Assembly (NCBI GenBank): GCA_965220895.1 | Contig: OZ244850.1 | Coordinates: 1,897,506-1,961,505 of the forward strand | DNA: 64,000 nucleotides | Direction: 5' to 3' | DNA from: Gammaproteobacteria bacterium | GTDB taxonomy: Bacteria > Pseudomonadota > Gammaproteobacteria > UBA4575 | In this document: positions 26,972-40,678 of the stretch, in pieces | How the letters are laid out: every line of letters begins with the position of its first letter | How positions within the stretch are numbered: position 1 is the stretch's first letter | The notes under the pieces: model-generated | Seen by the model: the letters and a program-made list of their open reading frames with translations, nothing else | What the model was told of the DNA's origin: nothing | Databases searched by the model: none | Program-made: the position numbers and the translations under genes

Positions 26972-27580
26972 TCAAAAAACCGGCTCGAGTGACAGAAGCA
27001 ATCGTTCGCCCGCGCCATGGGGAGATCGGTGAACGACACCGGCAAAGCGGTTGTTCCATGCGCCACCCTTCAGCAACGACCAGTGGCCTGTGGTCAATTG
27101 CTGAATCTGCCGGTTGGCCTGGACGGGAGGTTCCATGGTCTCAAGGTCGGCGAAAACCGCCCAATCGACATCGCTGTTGGGAATCCAATCGGTGCCCACT
27201 CCGCTGAGCGTGATCAGCATACGGCAAGGCACATGATCCACATGAAAGCGCGGGCACATGGGTGCGCTCAGTGATTCGAGTCGAACACCGACCTGTTCAC
27301 AGTCCATAAGCTCGCCTAGCATTTCGCTGGCCTCAGCGATTTGATCGAGCAGCGCAGGATGTACATCGGCATCGAGTGTCGCTGGCAGCTTACTCACCGG
27401 GGCTTCAGAATCATCTGCAGGCTGGACCCAGCGTAACTGCGAAACCTGACGTGAACGAATCAATCGCTTTGACAGGGCTTCACAAGTGCGCGCCTGCGGG
27501 CGTGTCACGCTGACGATTTCCACATCTTCATCATAGATCGCTGCAAAGTCGCCCAACTGATCACTGATTACCTGTCGCAT
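26972..27580 (-). CDS. DUF1826-domain protein (commonly co-encoded with COG0523 GTPases)
   Basis: Start MRQVISDQLGDF... at 27580 overlaps the stop of the upstream GTPase gene by 1 nt. Confidence 0.65.
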   Translation of the reverse strand: MRQVISDQLGDFAAIYDEDVEIVSVTRPQARTCEALSKRLIRSRQVSQLRWVQPADDSEAPVSKLPATLDADVHPALLDQIAEASEMLGELMDCEQVGVRLESLSAPMCPRFHVDHVPCRMLITLSGVGTDWIPNSDVDWAVFADLETMEPPVQANRQIQQLTTGHWSLLKGGAWNNRFAGVVHRSPHGAGERLLLSLEPVF

Positions 27581-28797
27581 CAGACGTCTGCCTCCTCGAC
27601 TTCCTGGGTCCATTGCGGGAAAGGGTCCGGGAGCTGTTTCCAGCTATCCGGACCGCCAGCAAGTTCTTTCTCGGTCAGAAGGCATGCATCCAATGCTCGA
27701 CTGGCTTGTTCTTCGTCGAGTGCCTGCCCAATGAAGACGATCTCCTGACGCCGGTCGCCGTAAGGCGGTTCGCACTTGCTCTCGATCGCCGCCCTGTGTT
27801 CCCTGTGGTCCGGCCACTGATCCTTGGGCATGGCGGACCAGAACAGGCCTGCAAATCCGTGATTCATGATGCCGCCTGCCTGAGACCATGAACCCGCCAG
27901 GTCAAAACGCGTAGCCAGCCAGAAGTACCCTTTTGATCGAACCAGGTTGCCGTGGCGCCAACCCTGTACGAGAAAGTCGTAGAGTCGCTGGGGGTGAAAC
28001 GGCTTGCGCGCCCGATAGACGAAGCTGCCGATACCGTATTCCTCGGTCTCCGGCACGTGTTCGCCACGAAGTTCCGCCAGCCACCCAGGGGCGTTTGCGG
28101 CCTCGGCCATGTCAAACTTGCTCGTACCCAGAATGGTTGCAGGCTCGATCTTTCCGTGGTCCGCAATGAGCACCTCGGCTCCGGGATTGAGGCGGCGGAG
28201 TGTGGCGAGCAACTCGTCAGTTTGAGGGCGATCGAGCAAATCGGTTTTTGTCACCACGATGACATTGCTGAACTCGACCTGGTCAATAAGGAGATCGGCA
28301 ATATTGCGTTCGTCGTCCTCGCCGATCTCCATGTTCTTGTCTTTGAGGCTTTCAGCCTCGACCATCAGCCGTGGAAAATTGTAAGCGTCGACGACGGTAA
28401 CCATGGTGTCGAGCCGGGCTACCGAGGACAGCGAGCGGCCCGTTTCATCCTCGAACGTGAATGTTTCCGCGACGGGCAGCGGCTCGGAGACACCGGTCGA
28501 TTCGATGAGGAGGTAATCGAAACGTTGCTCGTCTGCAAGGCGCGCGACCTCGACAAGCAGGTCCTCCCTGAGCGTGCAGCAGATGCAGCCGTTGGTCATC
28601 TCAACGAGCCGCTCATCGACTTGCTGGAGGGACACGTCTTCACGGAGGAGATCCGCATCGATGTTGACCTCTCCCATGTCGTTCACAATGGCCGCAACCC
28701 GCAGGCCCTCGCGGTTGTTGAGAACATGATTCATGAGCGTCGTTTTGCCAGCGCCAAGAAACCCTGACAACACGGTTACGGGTAGAGATGATTCCAT
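27580..28797 (-). CDS. COG0523 / G3E-family metallochaperone GTPase (ZigA/YeiR/CobW-like, putative zinc chaperone)
   Basis: Start MESSLPVTVLSGFLGAGKTTLMNHVL...; CxCC motif (NGCICCTLREDL); C-terminal CobW_C-like domain. Confidence 0.85.
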   Translation of the reverse strand: MESSLPVTVLSGFLGAGKTTLMNHVLNNREGLRVAAIVNDMGEVNIDADLLREDVSLQQVDERLVEMTNGCICCTLREDLLVEVARLADEQRFDYLLIESTGVSEPLPVAETFTFEDETGRSLSSVARLDTMVTVVDAYNFPRLMVEAESLKDKNMEIGEDDERNIADLLIDQVEFSNVIVVTKTDLLDRPQTDELLATLRRLNPGAEVLIADHGKIEPATILGTSKFDMAEAANAPGWLAELRGEHVPETEEYGIGSFVYRARKPFHPQRLYDFLVQGWRHGNLVRSKGYFWLATRFDLAGSWSQAGGIMNHGFAGLFWSAMPKDQWPDHREHRAAIESKCEPPYGDRRQEIVFIGQALDEEQASRALDACLLTEKELAGGPDSWKQLPDPFPQWTQEVEEADV

Positions 28798-28817
28798 GTC
28801 TGCCTCCAAATGGAAGT

Positions 28818-28846
28818 TACAATATAACATATCAATATTTCTGGAC
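28818..28846 (-). promoter_or_regulatory. putative Zur box just upstream of the COG0523 GTPase gene
   Basis: GGAAGTTACAATATAACATATCAAT resembles the gammaproteobacterial Zur operator (GAAATGTTATAATATAACATTTC-like AT-rich palindrome) and sits 20-50 nt 5' of the start codon at 28797. Confidence 0.45.
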
Positions 28847-28943
28847 TGGCACCGGGACGTGCGGGCCGGCTGGAGTGAAACGGGCGCTGTCTCGACCGCG
28901 GCGAAGGGTTCTGGTGGGCGGCTGGGAAAAGCCGCAGGGTCGT

Positions 28944-30314
28944 TCAGGCGTTCTTGGCCAACTCGGAGGCGAGCCCGGTATAATTCGCGGGTGTGAGGGC
29001 CAGCAGCTTGTCCTTTTCATCGGCCGGGAGCTCCAGCGAACGGATGAAATCTTCGATCTGGCGGGGTTCCAGGGACTGGCCACGTGACAGCTCCTTGAGC
29101 TTCTCGTAGGCGCCATCGATCCTGTATTTTCGCATGACCGTCTGGATGGCTTCTGCCAGCACCTGCAGGTTATGGTCGAGATCCTCCAGTACCCGGCGCT
29201 CATCCACCTCGAGTTTTCCCAGCCCCCTTGACAGCGATCGATAGCCGATCTCGCAGTGTGCCGCCGCCACGCCCAGGTTGCGCAGCACCGTCGAGTCACT
29301 GAGGTCACGCTGCCAGCGCGAGATCGGGAGTTTTGAAGAAAAGTGATCCAGCAGGGCATTGGCCACTCCGAAATTGCCCTCTGCGTTTTCAAAATCGATC
29401 GGATTGATCTTGTGCGGCATGGTGGATGAACCTACCTCGCTCTCGATCATTTTCTGGGTGAAGTAGCCAATGGAAATGTAAGCCCATGTATCCCTGCACA
29501 GATCGATCAGGATGGTGTTGATCCGTCGCAGTGCATCGCAGTACTCGGCGATGCAGTCGTGCGGTTCCACCTGGGTGGTGAAGCGGTTCAGGTTAAGGCC
29601 CAGGTTCTCGGCGAAACCGGCCGTAAGGGCTTCCCAGTCGATCTCCGGGTAAGCCGCCCGGTGTGCGTTGTAGTTGCCCGAAGCGCCGTTCATCTTCGCC
29701 AGCAGCCGCACGGTGTTGAAACGCTCCAGCTGCCCCTGCAGGCGGGCATGTACATTGGCAAATTCTTTGCCCAGGGTCGTCGGTGACGCGGGTTGACCGT
29801 GGGTGCGCGAGAGCATCGGCAGGTCGGCGCGTTCATGGGCGAGGGCTTTCAGTGTCGAGGCGATTTCCCGGATGGAGGGTGTCAGGACTTCGACTCGAAT
29901 CTCGTCCAGCATCAACGAGTAGGCTGTGCTGTTGATATCCTCGGACGTGCAGGCAAAGTGGATAAACTCGACCCGGTCGCGCAGTTCCTCGTTCGATTCC
30001 AGCTTGTCCCTCAGGTAATACTCGACGGCCTTGATGTCGTGGTTGGTCTGGGCCTCGATATCCTTGATCGTTTGCGCCTCGTCAATGTCGAAATCCTGGA
30101 CGATGCTGTCGAGGAACGCGCGTGCAGATGAGGACAGCGGCCCCGCTTCCGGGATTTCGGCACGATCCGACAAGTGCTTGAGCCAGCCCACTTCCACTCT
30201 CAGCCGCTGCCTGAGCAGTCCGTACTCGCTGGCAATTTCACTCAGGCGTTCCGTCTTGTTTGCGTAGCGACCGTCAACGGGGGAAATCGCTGTGAGTCGA
30301 CCGGCGGGGTTCAT
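28944..30314 (-). CDS. purB: adenylosuccinate lyase PurB
   Basis: Start MNPAGRLTAISPVDGRYANKTE...; fumarate-lyase family, ~456 aa; purB-hflD-mnmA-nudix synteny as in Enterobacteria. Confidence 0.9.
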   Translation of the reverse strand: MNPAGRLTAISPVDGRYANKTERLSEIASEYGLLRQRLRVEVGWLKHLSDRAEIPEAGPLSSSARAFLDSIVQDFDIDEAQTIKDIEAQTNHDIKAVEYYLRDKLESNEELRDRVEFIHFACTSEDINSTAYSLMLDEIRVEVLTPSIREIASTLKALAHERADLPMLSRTHGQPASPTTLGKEFANVHARLQGQLERFNTVRLLAKMNGASGNYNAHRAAYPEIDWEALTAGFAENLGLNLNRFTTQVEPHDCIAEYCDALRRINTILIDLCRDTWAYISIGYFTQKMIESEVGSSTMPHKINPIDFENAEGNFGVANALLDHFSSKLPISRWQRDLSDSTVLRNLGVAAAHCEIGYRSLSRGLGKLEVDERRVLEDLDHNLQVLAEAIQTVMRKYRIDGAYEKLKELSRGQSLEPRQIEDFIRSLELPADEKDKLLALTPANYTGLASELAKNA

Positions 30315-30453
30315 TTTGGAATTCGCAAATCCATGCATCGGCAGTACAATCATTCAAGTATACTACAATCCCCATGCCGGACCGTCGGAAAACCAACCAG
30401 CCCAAGCCTCCCAGCCGCTACGTATTCAACACCCATCTGACCGGAGATCTTCA

Positions 30454-31842
30454 ATGACTGACTCAAAGTTTCGCACCGAGAAAGACAGCATGGGTGAGCT
30501 CAATGTGCCGGCGGATGCCCTGTACGGCGCACAGACGCAAAGAGCCGTAGAAAATTTTCCGATCAGCGGGCTGACACTTCCAAATTCGTTCATCCACGCG
30601 CTTGGCCTGATCAAGGCCGCCTGTGCCCGTGCCAACGCCGAGCTGGGTCTCCTGGACAAGGGCACGGAATCGGTCATACGCAAGGCGAGCCTGTCGGTGG
30701 CAAACGGAGAGTACGATGCGCATTTCCCGGTGGACGTGTTCCAGACCGGTTCGGGCACCAGTACCAACATGAACGTCAACGAAGTGATCTCCCGGCTGGC
30801 CAGCTCCCTCGCCGACCAATCCGTGCATCCGAATGACCATGTCAACATGAGCCAGAGTTCCAATGACGTCATTCCTACCGCCATTCATGTCAGCGCATGC
30901 CTGCAGACCGAGCAGGTCCTCAAGCCGGCGCTGGTGCATCTCGCCAAGGTGATGCGTGAGAAAGCCTCACAGAATCATGCGCAGGTCAAGACCGGTCGCA
31001 CCCACCTGATGGATGCCATGCCGGTCACCCTGGGGCAGGAGATCGAGGCCTGGGCCCAACAGGTCGAGTACGGCATAGAACGTATCGAGCACACCCTGGG
31101 GCGGCTTCGCCAGCTTGTGCAAGGCGGTACCGCGGTGGGCAGCGGCATCAATGCGGCCCCCGAGTTTGCAGCCGGGGTCGTGCAACAGCTGGTCGAGCTG
31201 ACCGGGTATCCCTTTGAGTCCAAGCCCAACAAGTTCGAAGGGCTGGCCTGTCAGGACGGTGCGGTTGAATTGAGCGGACAGCTGAAAACGCTGGCCGTCA
31301 GCCTGATGAAAATATCCAATGACCTGCGCTGGATGAACTCCGGGCCGCTGGCGGGTCTCGGAGAAATTTCCCTACCCTCCCTGCAGCCTGGCAGCAGCAT
31401 CATGCCGGGCAAGGTGAACCCGGTCATTCCCGAGGCGATGAGCATGGTCTGCGCCCAGGTGATCGGCAACGATGCGACCATCACGGTCGCGGGGCAGTCC
31501 GGCAATTTCCAGTTGAACGTGATGCTCCCGGTGATCGCCCATAATCTCCTGCAGAGCATCGAGCTGCTTACCAGTGCTTCCCGGGTTCTGGCTGACAAGG
31601 CCATCGAGGGATTCAAGGTGAACGAAGCTGCACTGCAGGACGCCCTGTCCAGGAATCCGATCCTCGTGACGGCACTGAACCGTATCGTCGGCTATGAAAA
31701 AGGGGCCGCGATTGCCAAGGCAGCCTACGCCTCGGGCAAGCCGGTACTTGAAGTCGCCAAGGAAATGACAGACCTGGATGAGGCGCAGCTCAAGCGACTG
31801 CTTGACCCGGCGCAACTGACCCGGGGCGGGATCCAGGAATAA
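30454..31842 (+). CDS. fumC: fumarate hydratase class II FumC
   Basis: MTDSKFRTEKDSMGELNVPADALYGAQTQRAVENF...GSSIMPGKVNP... Confidence 0.85.
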   Translation: MTDSKFRTEKDSMGELNVPADALYGAQTQRAVENFPISGLTLPNSFIHALGLIKAACARANAELGLLDKGTESVIRKASLSVANGEYDAHFPVDVFQTGSGTSTNMNVNEVISRLASSLADQSVHPNDHVNMSQSSNDVIPTAIHVSACLQTEQVLKPALVHLAKVMREKASQNHAQVKTGRTHLMDAMPVTLGQEIEAWAQQVEYGIERIEHTLGRLRQLVQGGTAVGSGINAAPEFAAGVVQQLVELTGYPFESKPNKFEGLACQDGAVELSGQLKTLAVSLMKISNDLRWMNSGPLAGLGEISLPSLQPGSSIMPGKVNPVIPEAMSMVCAQVIGNDATITVAGQSGNFQLNVMLPVIAHNLLQSIELLTSASRVLADKAIEGFKVNEAALQDALSRNPILVTALNRIVGYEKGAAIAKAAYASGKPVLEVAKEMTDLDEAQLKRLLDPAQLTRGGIQE

Positions 31843-31874
31843 GCCAGGCTGGGTGCGGTGTCGAAGCGGGCAGC

Positions 31875-34535
<2,661 letters not shown>

Positions 34536-34637
34536 GCAAACTCCTCAATATCCGTCGGCAGGATGAATCCCTGGGGAAAAAGACCGCAATTATCTGGTAT
34601 TTCTGTACCTCGGGTAAACTCAAAACAGGCACAAAAT

Positions 34638-35267
34638 TCAGTGCAGGCTCTCTTTTCTCAGGGTCTTGATGTGCTTGAGCATCGAAGCCCTCCCCAGCAG
34701 GAGGGACCAGCGTTTTCCCTGGGCGTGGCGCCACAGGGCAATGGCCCGTATCGCAGCAAGCAAAAGTGCGCGAATCATGCTCGCATATTCATCGGTACTC
34801 AAGAAGCTCGGGTTTCCCTTGACGATCACCTTGGGCCCCAGCGGGCTGATGTGCGCCTGGTACATGCGGCCAAGATCCTGGGCCAGTTCCTGGATGGGGG
34901 TGTTTTGTGGATCGTACAACGCGGCGATGCAGCGGATCTCGTCGCCAAGTGCACGTGTGGCTTTTGTATCCGTGTGCAACTGGCTTTCCAGGTGCATCAG
35001 GCTGACGGCATGGCGGGTCCGTTCTATGGTGTTTGCGTCATTGCGGTTTATCGCGGTTTCAGACAGCATGCGCAACCCGAGCCTCAGGTTTTGTGCCATG
35101 CCGTAGACCTCCAGGTAATCCTGCGTATCGGTCTTGAGGACGCTTTCCAGGGTTGCAGGCAGGCAGTAGTCGGACACGTCCCCGTCCCGTGCCACCGACT
35201 GGGTCAGGGCCAGCGCCTGGTAAAGACCGGCAAGAGCAATGGTCTGGTCTCGGGTTACTGTAAACAT
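34638..35267 (-). CDS. hflD: high-frequency lysogenization protein HflD (UPF0274)
   Basis: Internal start MFTVTRDQTIALAGLYQALALTQSVARDGDV.... The track ORF start at 35729 overextends into antisense of mnmA. Confidence 0.8.
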   Translation of the reverse strand: MFTVTRDQTIALAGLYQALALTQSVARDGDVSDYCLPATLESVLKTDTQDYLEVYGMAQNLRLGLRMLSETAINRNDANTIERTRHAVSLMHLESQLHTDTKATRALGDEIRCIAALYDPQNTPIQELAQDLGRMYQAHISPLGPKVIVKGNPSFLSTDEYASMIRALLLAAIRAIALWRHAQGKRWSLLLGRASMLKHIKTLRKESLH

Positions 35268-35292
35268 GGGGGCGTCCTGTACGCTACGGGCA

Positions 35293-36375
35293 CTAGGCTT
35301 CGCGCCCGGTGATGATGCCTCCTCCGAGGCACTGGTCCTGCTGGTAGAACACGATGCTCTGTCCCGGGGCGACCGCCCACTGGGGCTCGGCAAAGGAGGC
35401 TTCGTAACTGCCGTCATCACGCTCGCTGATCGAGCAGCCTTGGTCGGCCTGGCGGTATCGTATTTTTGCGGTGAGGTCCTTCGTGTCCGCGGGAGGCTCC
35501 CCCGCAATCCAGTGGATTGTCTGCGCAAGGACGCGCGAGTGCAGCAGGGCAGGGTGTTGTTTGCCCTGGACCACGTACAGGGTGTTGGCGGGGATGTCCT
35601 TGTCGGAGACGTACCAGGCCCCTTCAGGCAAATGTGCCTGTCCTCCGATGCCGAGGCCCTGGCGCTGGCCGATCGTGTAGAACATGGCACCCTCGTGTGT
35701 ACCCAAAGGTTCTCCATCCATTGAGACAATCGGTCCCGGTTTGCCCGGCAGGTACCGCTTCAGGAAATCCCTGAATTTTCGCTCGCCGATGAAGCAGATC
35801 CCGGTGCTGTCTTTCTTGTCGTGCACCTTGAAATCCTGGGCCCTGGCGATCTCGCGCACCTTCGATTTGCCGATGTCGCCCAGGGGGAAAAGTGATTTCC
35901 GCAGCTGGTCTTGCTCCAGGGTATGCAGAAAGTAGCTCTGGTCCTTTTGCCTGTCGCGGGCCTTTCTCAGGCAGGGCTCGGAGGGACCCGTCTCGCAGCG
36001 TGCGTAGTGCCCGGTGGCAATGTAGTCGGTATCGAGTTCCAGGGCGTGGTCCAGGAAGGCGCGGAACTTGATTTCCCGGTTGCAGACGATATCCGGGTTG
36101 GGCGTTCTGCCGGCCCGGTACTCTTCCAGAAAGTACTGGAATACCCGATCCCAGTATTCACTTGAAAAATTGACCGTGTGCAGGTGGATGCCGATCCTCT
36201 TACATACCTGCCGGGCATCCTCGAGGTCGATTGCGGCGGCACAGTATTCCTCCTGGTCATCCTCTTCCCAGTTTTTCATGAACAGGCCTTCAACCTCGAG
36301 GCCCTGTTTGCATAAAAGCCAGGCGGCTACGGAGGAATCGACCCCGCCCGACATGCCCACCATCACCTTGCTCAT
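35293..36375 (-). CDS. mnmA: tRNA-specific 2-thiouridylase MnmA
   Basis: MSKVMVGMSGGVDSSVAAWLL... PP-loop. Confidence 0.9.
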   Translation of the reverse strand: MSKVMVGMSGGVDSSVAAWLLCKQGLEVEGLFMKNWEEDDQEEYCAAAIDLEDARQVCKRIGIHLHTVNFSSEYWDRVFQYFLEEYRAGRTPNPDIVCNREIKFRAFLDHALELDTDYIATGHYARCETGPSEPCLRKARDRQKDQSYFLHTLEQDQLRKSLFPLGDIGKSKVREIARAQDFKVHDKKDSTGICFIGERKFRDFLKRYLPGKPGPIVSMDGEPLGTHEGAMFYTIGQRQGLGIGGQAHLPEGAWYVSDKDIPANTLYVVQGKQHPALLHSRVLAQTIHWIAGEPPADTKDLTAKIRYRQADQGCSISERDDGSYEASFAEPQWAVAPGQSIVFYQQDQCLGGGIITGREA

Positions 36376-36405
36376 GTCACGGCCCGCCAGGCAGGACTGC
36401 TGTGG

Positions 36406-36864
36406 CTACCAGCTCTGCTGAATCGTGTGGATAAGGCCCAGGTCATAACGGTTGCCACTCAGATAATCGCGCAGGCTGTGGGTGACCATGGTGCTTCGCA
36501 GCCTTTGCTCCGGTAAAGCCAGGATGGCCTCGGCACTGTACCAGCCGGCGTGCAAAATGCCTTCGTCGAGGTCTTCATGGACACGTTCGCTGCTGCATTC
36601 ACCGCACAGGGTAAAGCGCAAAAAGGTTTCATCCAGATGCGGATGTTTCCAGCAATATATACCGACCAGTGCGGTTGGATAAAATTCCCACCCGGTCTCT
36701 TCCAGGGTTTCGCGCTGGGCGGCCTCGATCAGGGTTTCACCCAGTTCCCAGTGGCCGGCCGGCTGGTTGAAAACCCGGCATTCCTCGACCTGCTCCTCGA
36801 CCAGAAGGTATTGCTGCTCGCGCTCAATCACGGCTGCGACCGTCACGTGTGGATGCCAGCTCAT
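36406..36864 (-). CDS. NUDIX hydrolase (NudJ-like)
   Basis: Nudix box GHWELGETLIEAAQRETLEETG. Position upstream of mnmA matches E. coli nudJ. Confidence 0.8.
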   Translation of the reverse strand: MSWHPHVTVAAVIEREQQYLLVEEQVEECRVFNQPAGHWELGETLIEAAQRETLEETGWEFYPTALVGIYCWKHPHLDETFLRFTLCGECSSERVHEDLDEGILHAGWYSAEAILALPEQRLRSTMVTHSLRDYLSGNRYDLGLIHTIQQSW

Positions 36865-37151
36865 TGGGGTTCCATTTGAAATAGATTAAAAAGACTAGGA
36901 TATAAATCCTTGATAAATATTCATTAATTTAAAGAACTTTGAATTGCATCTTGGTGCACAGTATAGCAGTGAATTATACTTGGACTGTACTTCGGGGCAG
37001 GCAAACCTGTACAGCCCGGGTGAACCGGAGTATGGCTTGCAGTGTCTCAAATTCAGGTGCAAGGTGATTCAGGCAATGCCTTGGGGACGCGCTTAAGTGC
37101 GGTGCGGCGACTCGATATACTATTCATACTTGGGAGCATTGAAGATCGAGC

Positions 37152-37466
37152 ATGGCTGAACAAGACCAAATTCTACGTGAAGACAAGGCGGCCGTAAAAG
37201 AAGCGAAAACCCGCAAGCCGCCCATGTACAAGGTGGTATTATTGAACGACGATTACACGCCCATGGAATTTGTCGTGCACATCCTCGAGAACTTCTTCAA
37301 GATGAACCGGGAAAAGGCCACGCGCATCATGCTCCACGTGCATACCAGGGGAAAAGGCGTTTGCGGTGTCTATACCCGTGATGTGGCAGAGACCAAGGTG
37401 GCGCAGGTGAACGAGTATTCGCGCATGAATAACCATCCACTGCTGTGTGCGATGGAAGAGACGTAG
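37152..37466 (+). CDS. clpS: ATP-dependent Clp protease adaptor ClpS
   Basis: ...[27 protein letters not shown]... Confidence 0.9.
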   Translation: MAEQDQILREDKAAVKEAKTRKPPMYKVVLLNDDYTPMEFVVHILENFFKMNREKATRIMLHVHTRGKGVCGVYTRDVAETKVAQVNEYSRMNNHPLLCAMEET

Positions 37467-37475
37467 CTCAAGACC

Positions 37476-39737
37476 ATGCTGAACAAAGAGCTTGAATTCA
37501 CACTGAACCTTGCCTTCAAGGAGGCCCGGGAAAAGCGCCATGAATTCATGACGGTTGAGCACCTGCTGCTTGCGCTGACTCAAAATCCCACGGCGGCCAA
37601 GGTGCTGCGAGCATGCGGGATCGACTTGCCGAAGCTTTCCGAGGAATTGTCCGAGTTCATCCAGAACAACACCCCGCTGCTTCCTGATGAAGACGACCGG
37701 GATACACAGCCGACGCTGGGATTCCAGCGCGTGCTGCAGCGTGCCGTCTTCCATGTCCAGTCCTCCGGGAGGAAAGAGGCCGAGGTGACCGGGGCCAATG
37801 TGCTGGTGGCGATCTTCAGCGAACAGGAGTCCCATGCGGTTTACCTGCTGGGACAGCACGATGTCGCGCGCCTGGATGTCGTGAATTACATTGCGCACGG
37901 CATATCGAAAGTTCCCACGGATTCCGATAACGAGGTTGCCGTCGACCCCGAAGTGGATGTGCGCAGTGACTCACAAAGTCCGAAGCCACTGGATTGCTAT
38001 GCCGTCAACCTGAACAAGCTGGCAACCGAGGGAAAGATTGACCCGTTGATCGGGCGCGACAATGAAATCGAGCGCACGATACAGATCCTGTGTCGGCGCA
38101 GGAAAAACAATCCACTCATGATCGGTGAAGCCGGTGTAGGTAAAACGGCGATCGCCGAGGGGCTGGCCAAGAAGATCGTTGATCAGGAGGTACCGGACAT
38201 CCTCAAGGGGTACACGATCTATGCACTGGACCTGGGAGGACTGGTGGCAGGCACGAAGTACCGCGGGGATTTTGAGAAACGGCTGAAAGGCGTGCTGCGG
38301 CAGCTAAAAGAGGAACAGAACACGATTTTGTTCATCGACGAGATCCACACGGTTATCGGGGCAGGCTCGGCATCCGGGGGCGTGATGGATGCCTCCAACC
38401 TGATCAAGCCGATGCTGGGCTCGGGAGAGCTGAAGTGCATCGGTTCCACCACCTACCAGGAATTTCGCGGTGTATTCGAGAAAGACCGTGCCCTGGCCAG
38501 GCGGTTCCAGACCATCGACATCGAAGAGCCGAGTGTGGAGGAAACCTACCGGATCCTGAAAGGCCTGCGCAGCCGTTTTGAAAAGCACCACGGCGTACGG
38601 TATGCGGAAAAGGCACTGCGGGCTGCCGCCGAGCTGGCGGCGAAATACATCAATGACCGGCACTTGCCGGACAAGGCCATCGACGTCATCGATGAGGCCG
38701 GTGCCAACATGAACCTGAGGCCAAGATCCTTGCGCAAGAAGATGATCACCACCAAGCAGATCGAAAGTATCGTGTCCAAGATCGCACGCATTCCTTCCAA
38801 GCACGTGAACTCCAGTGATACGGAAGTGCTCAGGAATCTGGAACGCAACCTGAAGCTGGTGGTGTTCGGGCAGGATACCGCAATCGGCACCTTGTCCACG
38901 GCGATCAAGATGTCACGTTCGGGCATCGGCAATGAAAACAGGCCCATCGGCTGTTTTCTGTTTGCAGGCCCCACAGGCGTGGGCAAGACGGAAGTCACTC
39001 GCCAGCTGTCCATCATCCTCGGCATCGAACTGCTGCGTTTCGACATGTCCGAATACATGGAGCGGCATACGGTTTCTCGCCTGATCGGGGCACCGCCGGG
39101 CTACGTGGGGTTCGACCAGGGCGGCCTGCTGACGGATGCCGTACTGAAGGCTCCACATAGCGTACTGCTACTGGATGAGGTCGAGAAGGCCCACGCCGAT
39201 GTATTCAACCTTTTGCTGCAGGTCATGGATCATGGTGTATTGACCGATACGAACGGTCGAAAAGTGGATTTTCGCAACGTCATCCTGGTGATGACGACCA
39301 ATGCCGGTGCACAGGAGATGAGCCGCGCCAGTGTGGGCTTCACTACACAGGACCATCAGGCGGATGGCATGGAGATCATCAAGCGGCTGTTTACCCCCGA
39401 GTTCCGAAATCGCCTGGACGCCATCATCCAGTTCGAGTCGCTGGACAGGGATACCGTGCTGCATGTCGTCGACAAGTTCATCGCACAGCTTGAAGCCCAG
39501 CTCGAGACCAAGAAGGTCGAGATCCAGGTTGAGCCCGAGGCCAAGGAATGGATTGCCAAACGCGGCTACGATGTGAAAATGGGTGCACGCCCCATGGAAC
39601 GCGTGATCCAGGAACATGTCAAAAAGCCCCTAGCCGAGGAAATCCTGTTTGGCCGCCTGGAACATGGCGGGAAAGTGATCATTCGGGCCTGTGAGAGTGG
39701 GCTTGAGATTGACTACCCGGAAGAGGCATTAACCTGA
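37476..39737 (+). CDS. clpA: ATP-dependent Clp protease ATP-binding subunit ClpA
   Basis: [34 protein letters not shown]...; two AAA+ modules. Confidence 0.9.
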   Translation: MLNKELEFTLNLAFKEAREKRHEFMTVEHLLLALTQNPTAAKVLRACGIDLPKLSEELSEFIQNNTPLLPDEDDRDTQPTLGFQRVLQRAVFHVQSSGRKEAEVTGANVLVAIFSEQESHAVYLLGQHDVARLDVVNYIAHGISKVPTDSDNEVAVDPEVDVRSDSQSPKPLDCYAVNLNKLATEGKIDPLIGRDNEIERTIQILCRRRKNNPLMIGEAGVGKTAIAEGLAKKIVDQEVPDILKGYTIYALDLGGLVAGTKYRGDFEKRLKGVLRQLKEEQNTILFIDEIHTVIGAGSASGGVMDASNLIKPMLGSGELKCIGSTTYQEFRGVFEKDRALARRFQTIDIEEPSVEETYRILKGLRSRFEKHHGVRYAEKALRAAAELAAKYINDRHLPDKAIDVIDEAGANMNLRPRSLRKKMITTKQIESIVSKIARIPSKHVNSSDTEVLRNLERNLKLVVFGQDTAIGTLSTAIKMSRSGIGNENRPIGCFLFAGPTGVGKTEVTRQLSIILGIELLRFDMSEYMERHTVSRLIGAPPGYVGFDQGGLLTDAVLKAPHSVLLLDEVEKAHADVFNLLLQVMDHGVLTDTNGRKVDFRNVILVMTTNAGAQEMSRASVGFTTQDHQADGMEIIKRLFTPEFRNRLDAIIQFESLDRDTVLHVVDKFIAQLEAQLETKKVEIQVEPEAKEWIAKRGYDVKMGARPMERVIQEHVKKPLAEEILFGRLEHGGKVIIRACESGLEIDYPEEALT

Positions 39738-39925
39738 GATTTCCCCGTAGCTGTCCCACGTGTCAAAGACGATTCTTGGGAGTGACTGACCGGGCAGGCC
39801 ATCGGGCGTAACATACCTGTAAAGGCGGCAAGTAGACATCGCTGCCAATCTCCTACCTCCCCATTTCACCGGCTGTGTGATCCACGGCAACTGCAATCGC
39901 GAGAGAGAATCCTGTTCAAGTAGAA

Positions 39926-40594
39926 ATGAAAACCAAACAGATCCAGCTTGTCCTCTTTGACCTGGACGGAACCCTCATTGATACGGCCCCTGACCTGGCC
40001 CACAGCATGGATCTGGTCATGCGCGAGCTGCACCTGCCTGCACAGGGACTCAAAAAAGTTCGCAGGTTCATCGGTCATGGTGTGCGCAGGCTGGTCGAAG
40101 ACATCCTTTCCACAGAACTGGAGGGCCGGCCGGCCCAGGCGACCCTGGAAAAGGCCCTGGGTGCATTCAACGAACACTACCGTGAGCAGCTGGTGCAAAA
40201 AAGCTCCCTCTATCCCGGCGTGCTTGAATGTCTGCGAACGCTTCGATCCCGTGGTGTCAGGCTCGCCTGTGTCACGAACAAGCCAAAAGCCTTTACCGAA
40301 CCCTTGCTGGGGCATTTCCAGATCGACAGGTATTTCGACCTGGTACTTTCCGGGGATTCACTGGCCAAGAAAAAACCGGACCCGTTTCCGCTCGTGCATG
40401 CCTGTCAGCAACTTGCCGTCAAAACAGTGGACAGCATCATGGTGGGGGACTCCAGCAGCGACATACTGGCGGCGCGAAATGCAGGAATCCGGTGCATGTG
40501 CGCAAGCTATGGGTATTCAGAGGCGGAAACGGTAAAGGCTCTCGAGCCCGATGGGGTTCTCCATTCCTTTGCTGAATTGATGGATCACCTGTGA
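39926..40594 (+). CDS. HAD-superfamily hydrolase, phosphoglycolate phosphatase-like
   Basis: Motif I (LVLFDLDGTLIDTAPDL) and motif IV (GDSSSDILAARNAG). Gph-like, ~220 aa. Confidence 0.75.
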   Translation: MKTKQIQLVLFDLDGTLIDTAPDLAHSMDLVMRELHLPAQGLKKVRRFIGHGVRRLVEDILSTELEGRPAQATLEKALGAFNEHYREQLVQKSSLYPGVLECLRTLRSRGVRLACVTNKPKAFTEPLLGHFQIDRYFDLVLSGDSLAKKKPDPFPLVHACQQLAVKTVDSIMVGDSSSDILAARNAGIRCMCASYGYSEAETVKALEPDGVLHSFAELMDHL

Positions 40595-40678
40595 CGCGGT
40601 GAGCGTGGTGTAGAGAGCCTAGGCGGTTTGCGGATCGGGGAACATTGTTGATGCAAATGCGGTCATTATAGATAGGGA

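Noticed and set aside
31843-31874. Hairpin-like sequence between convergent fumC and acnA as a terminator
   Set aside because: Stem is short with a 19-nt loop and no T-tract on either strand. Too weak to call.
34638-35729. 363-aa extent of the hflD ORF
   Set aside because: The N-terminal 154 aa are low-complexity (S/T/R/P-rich) and antisense to mnmA. HflD homology begins at the internal Met (35267).
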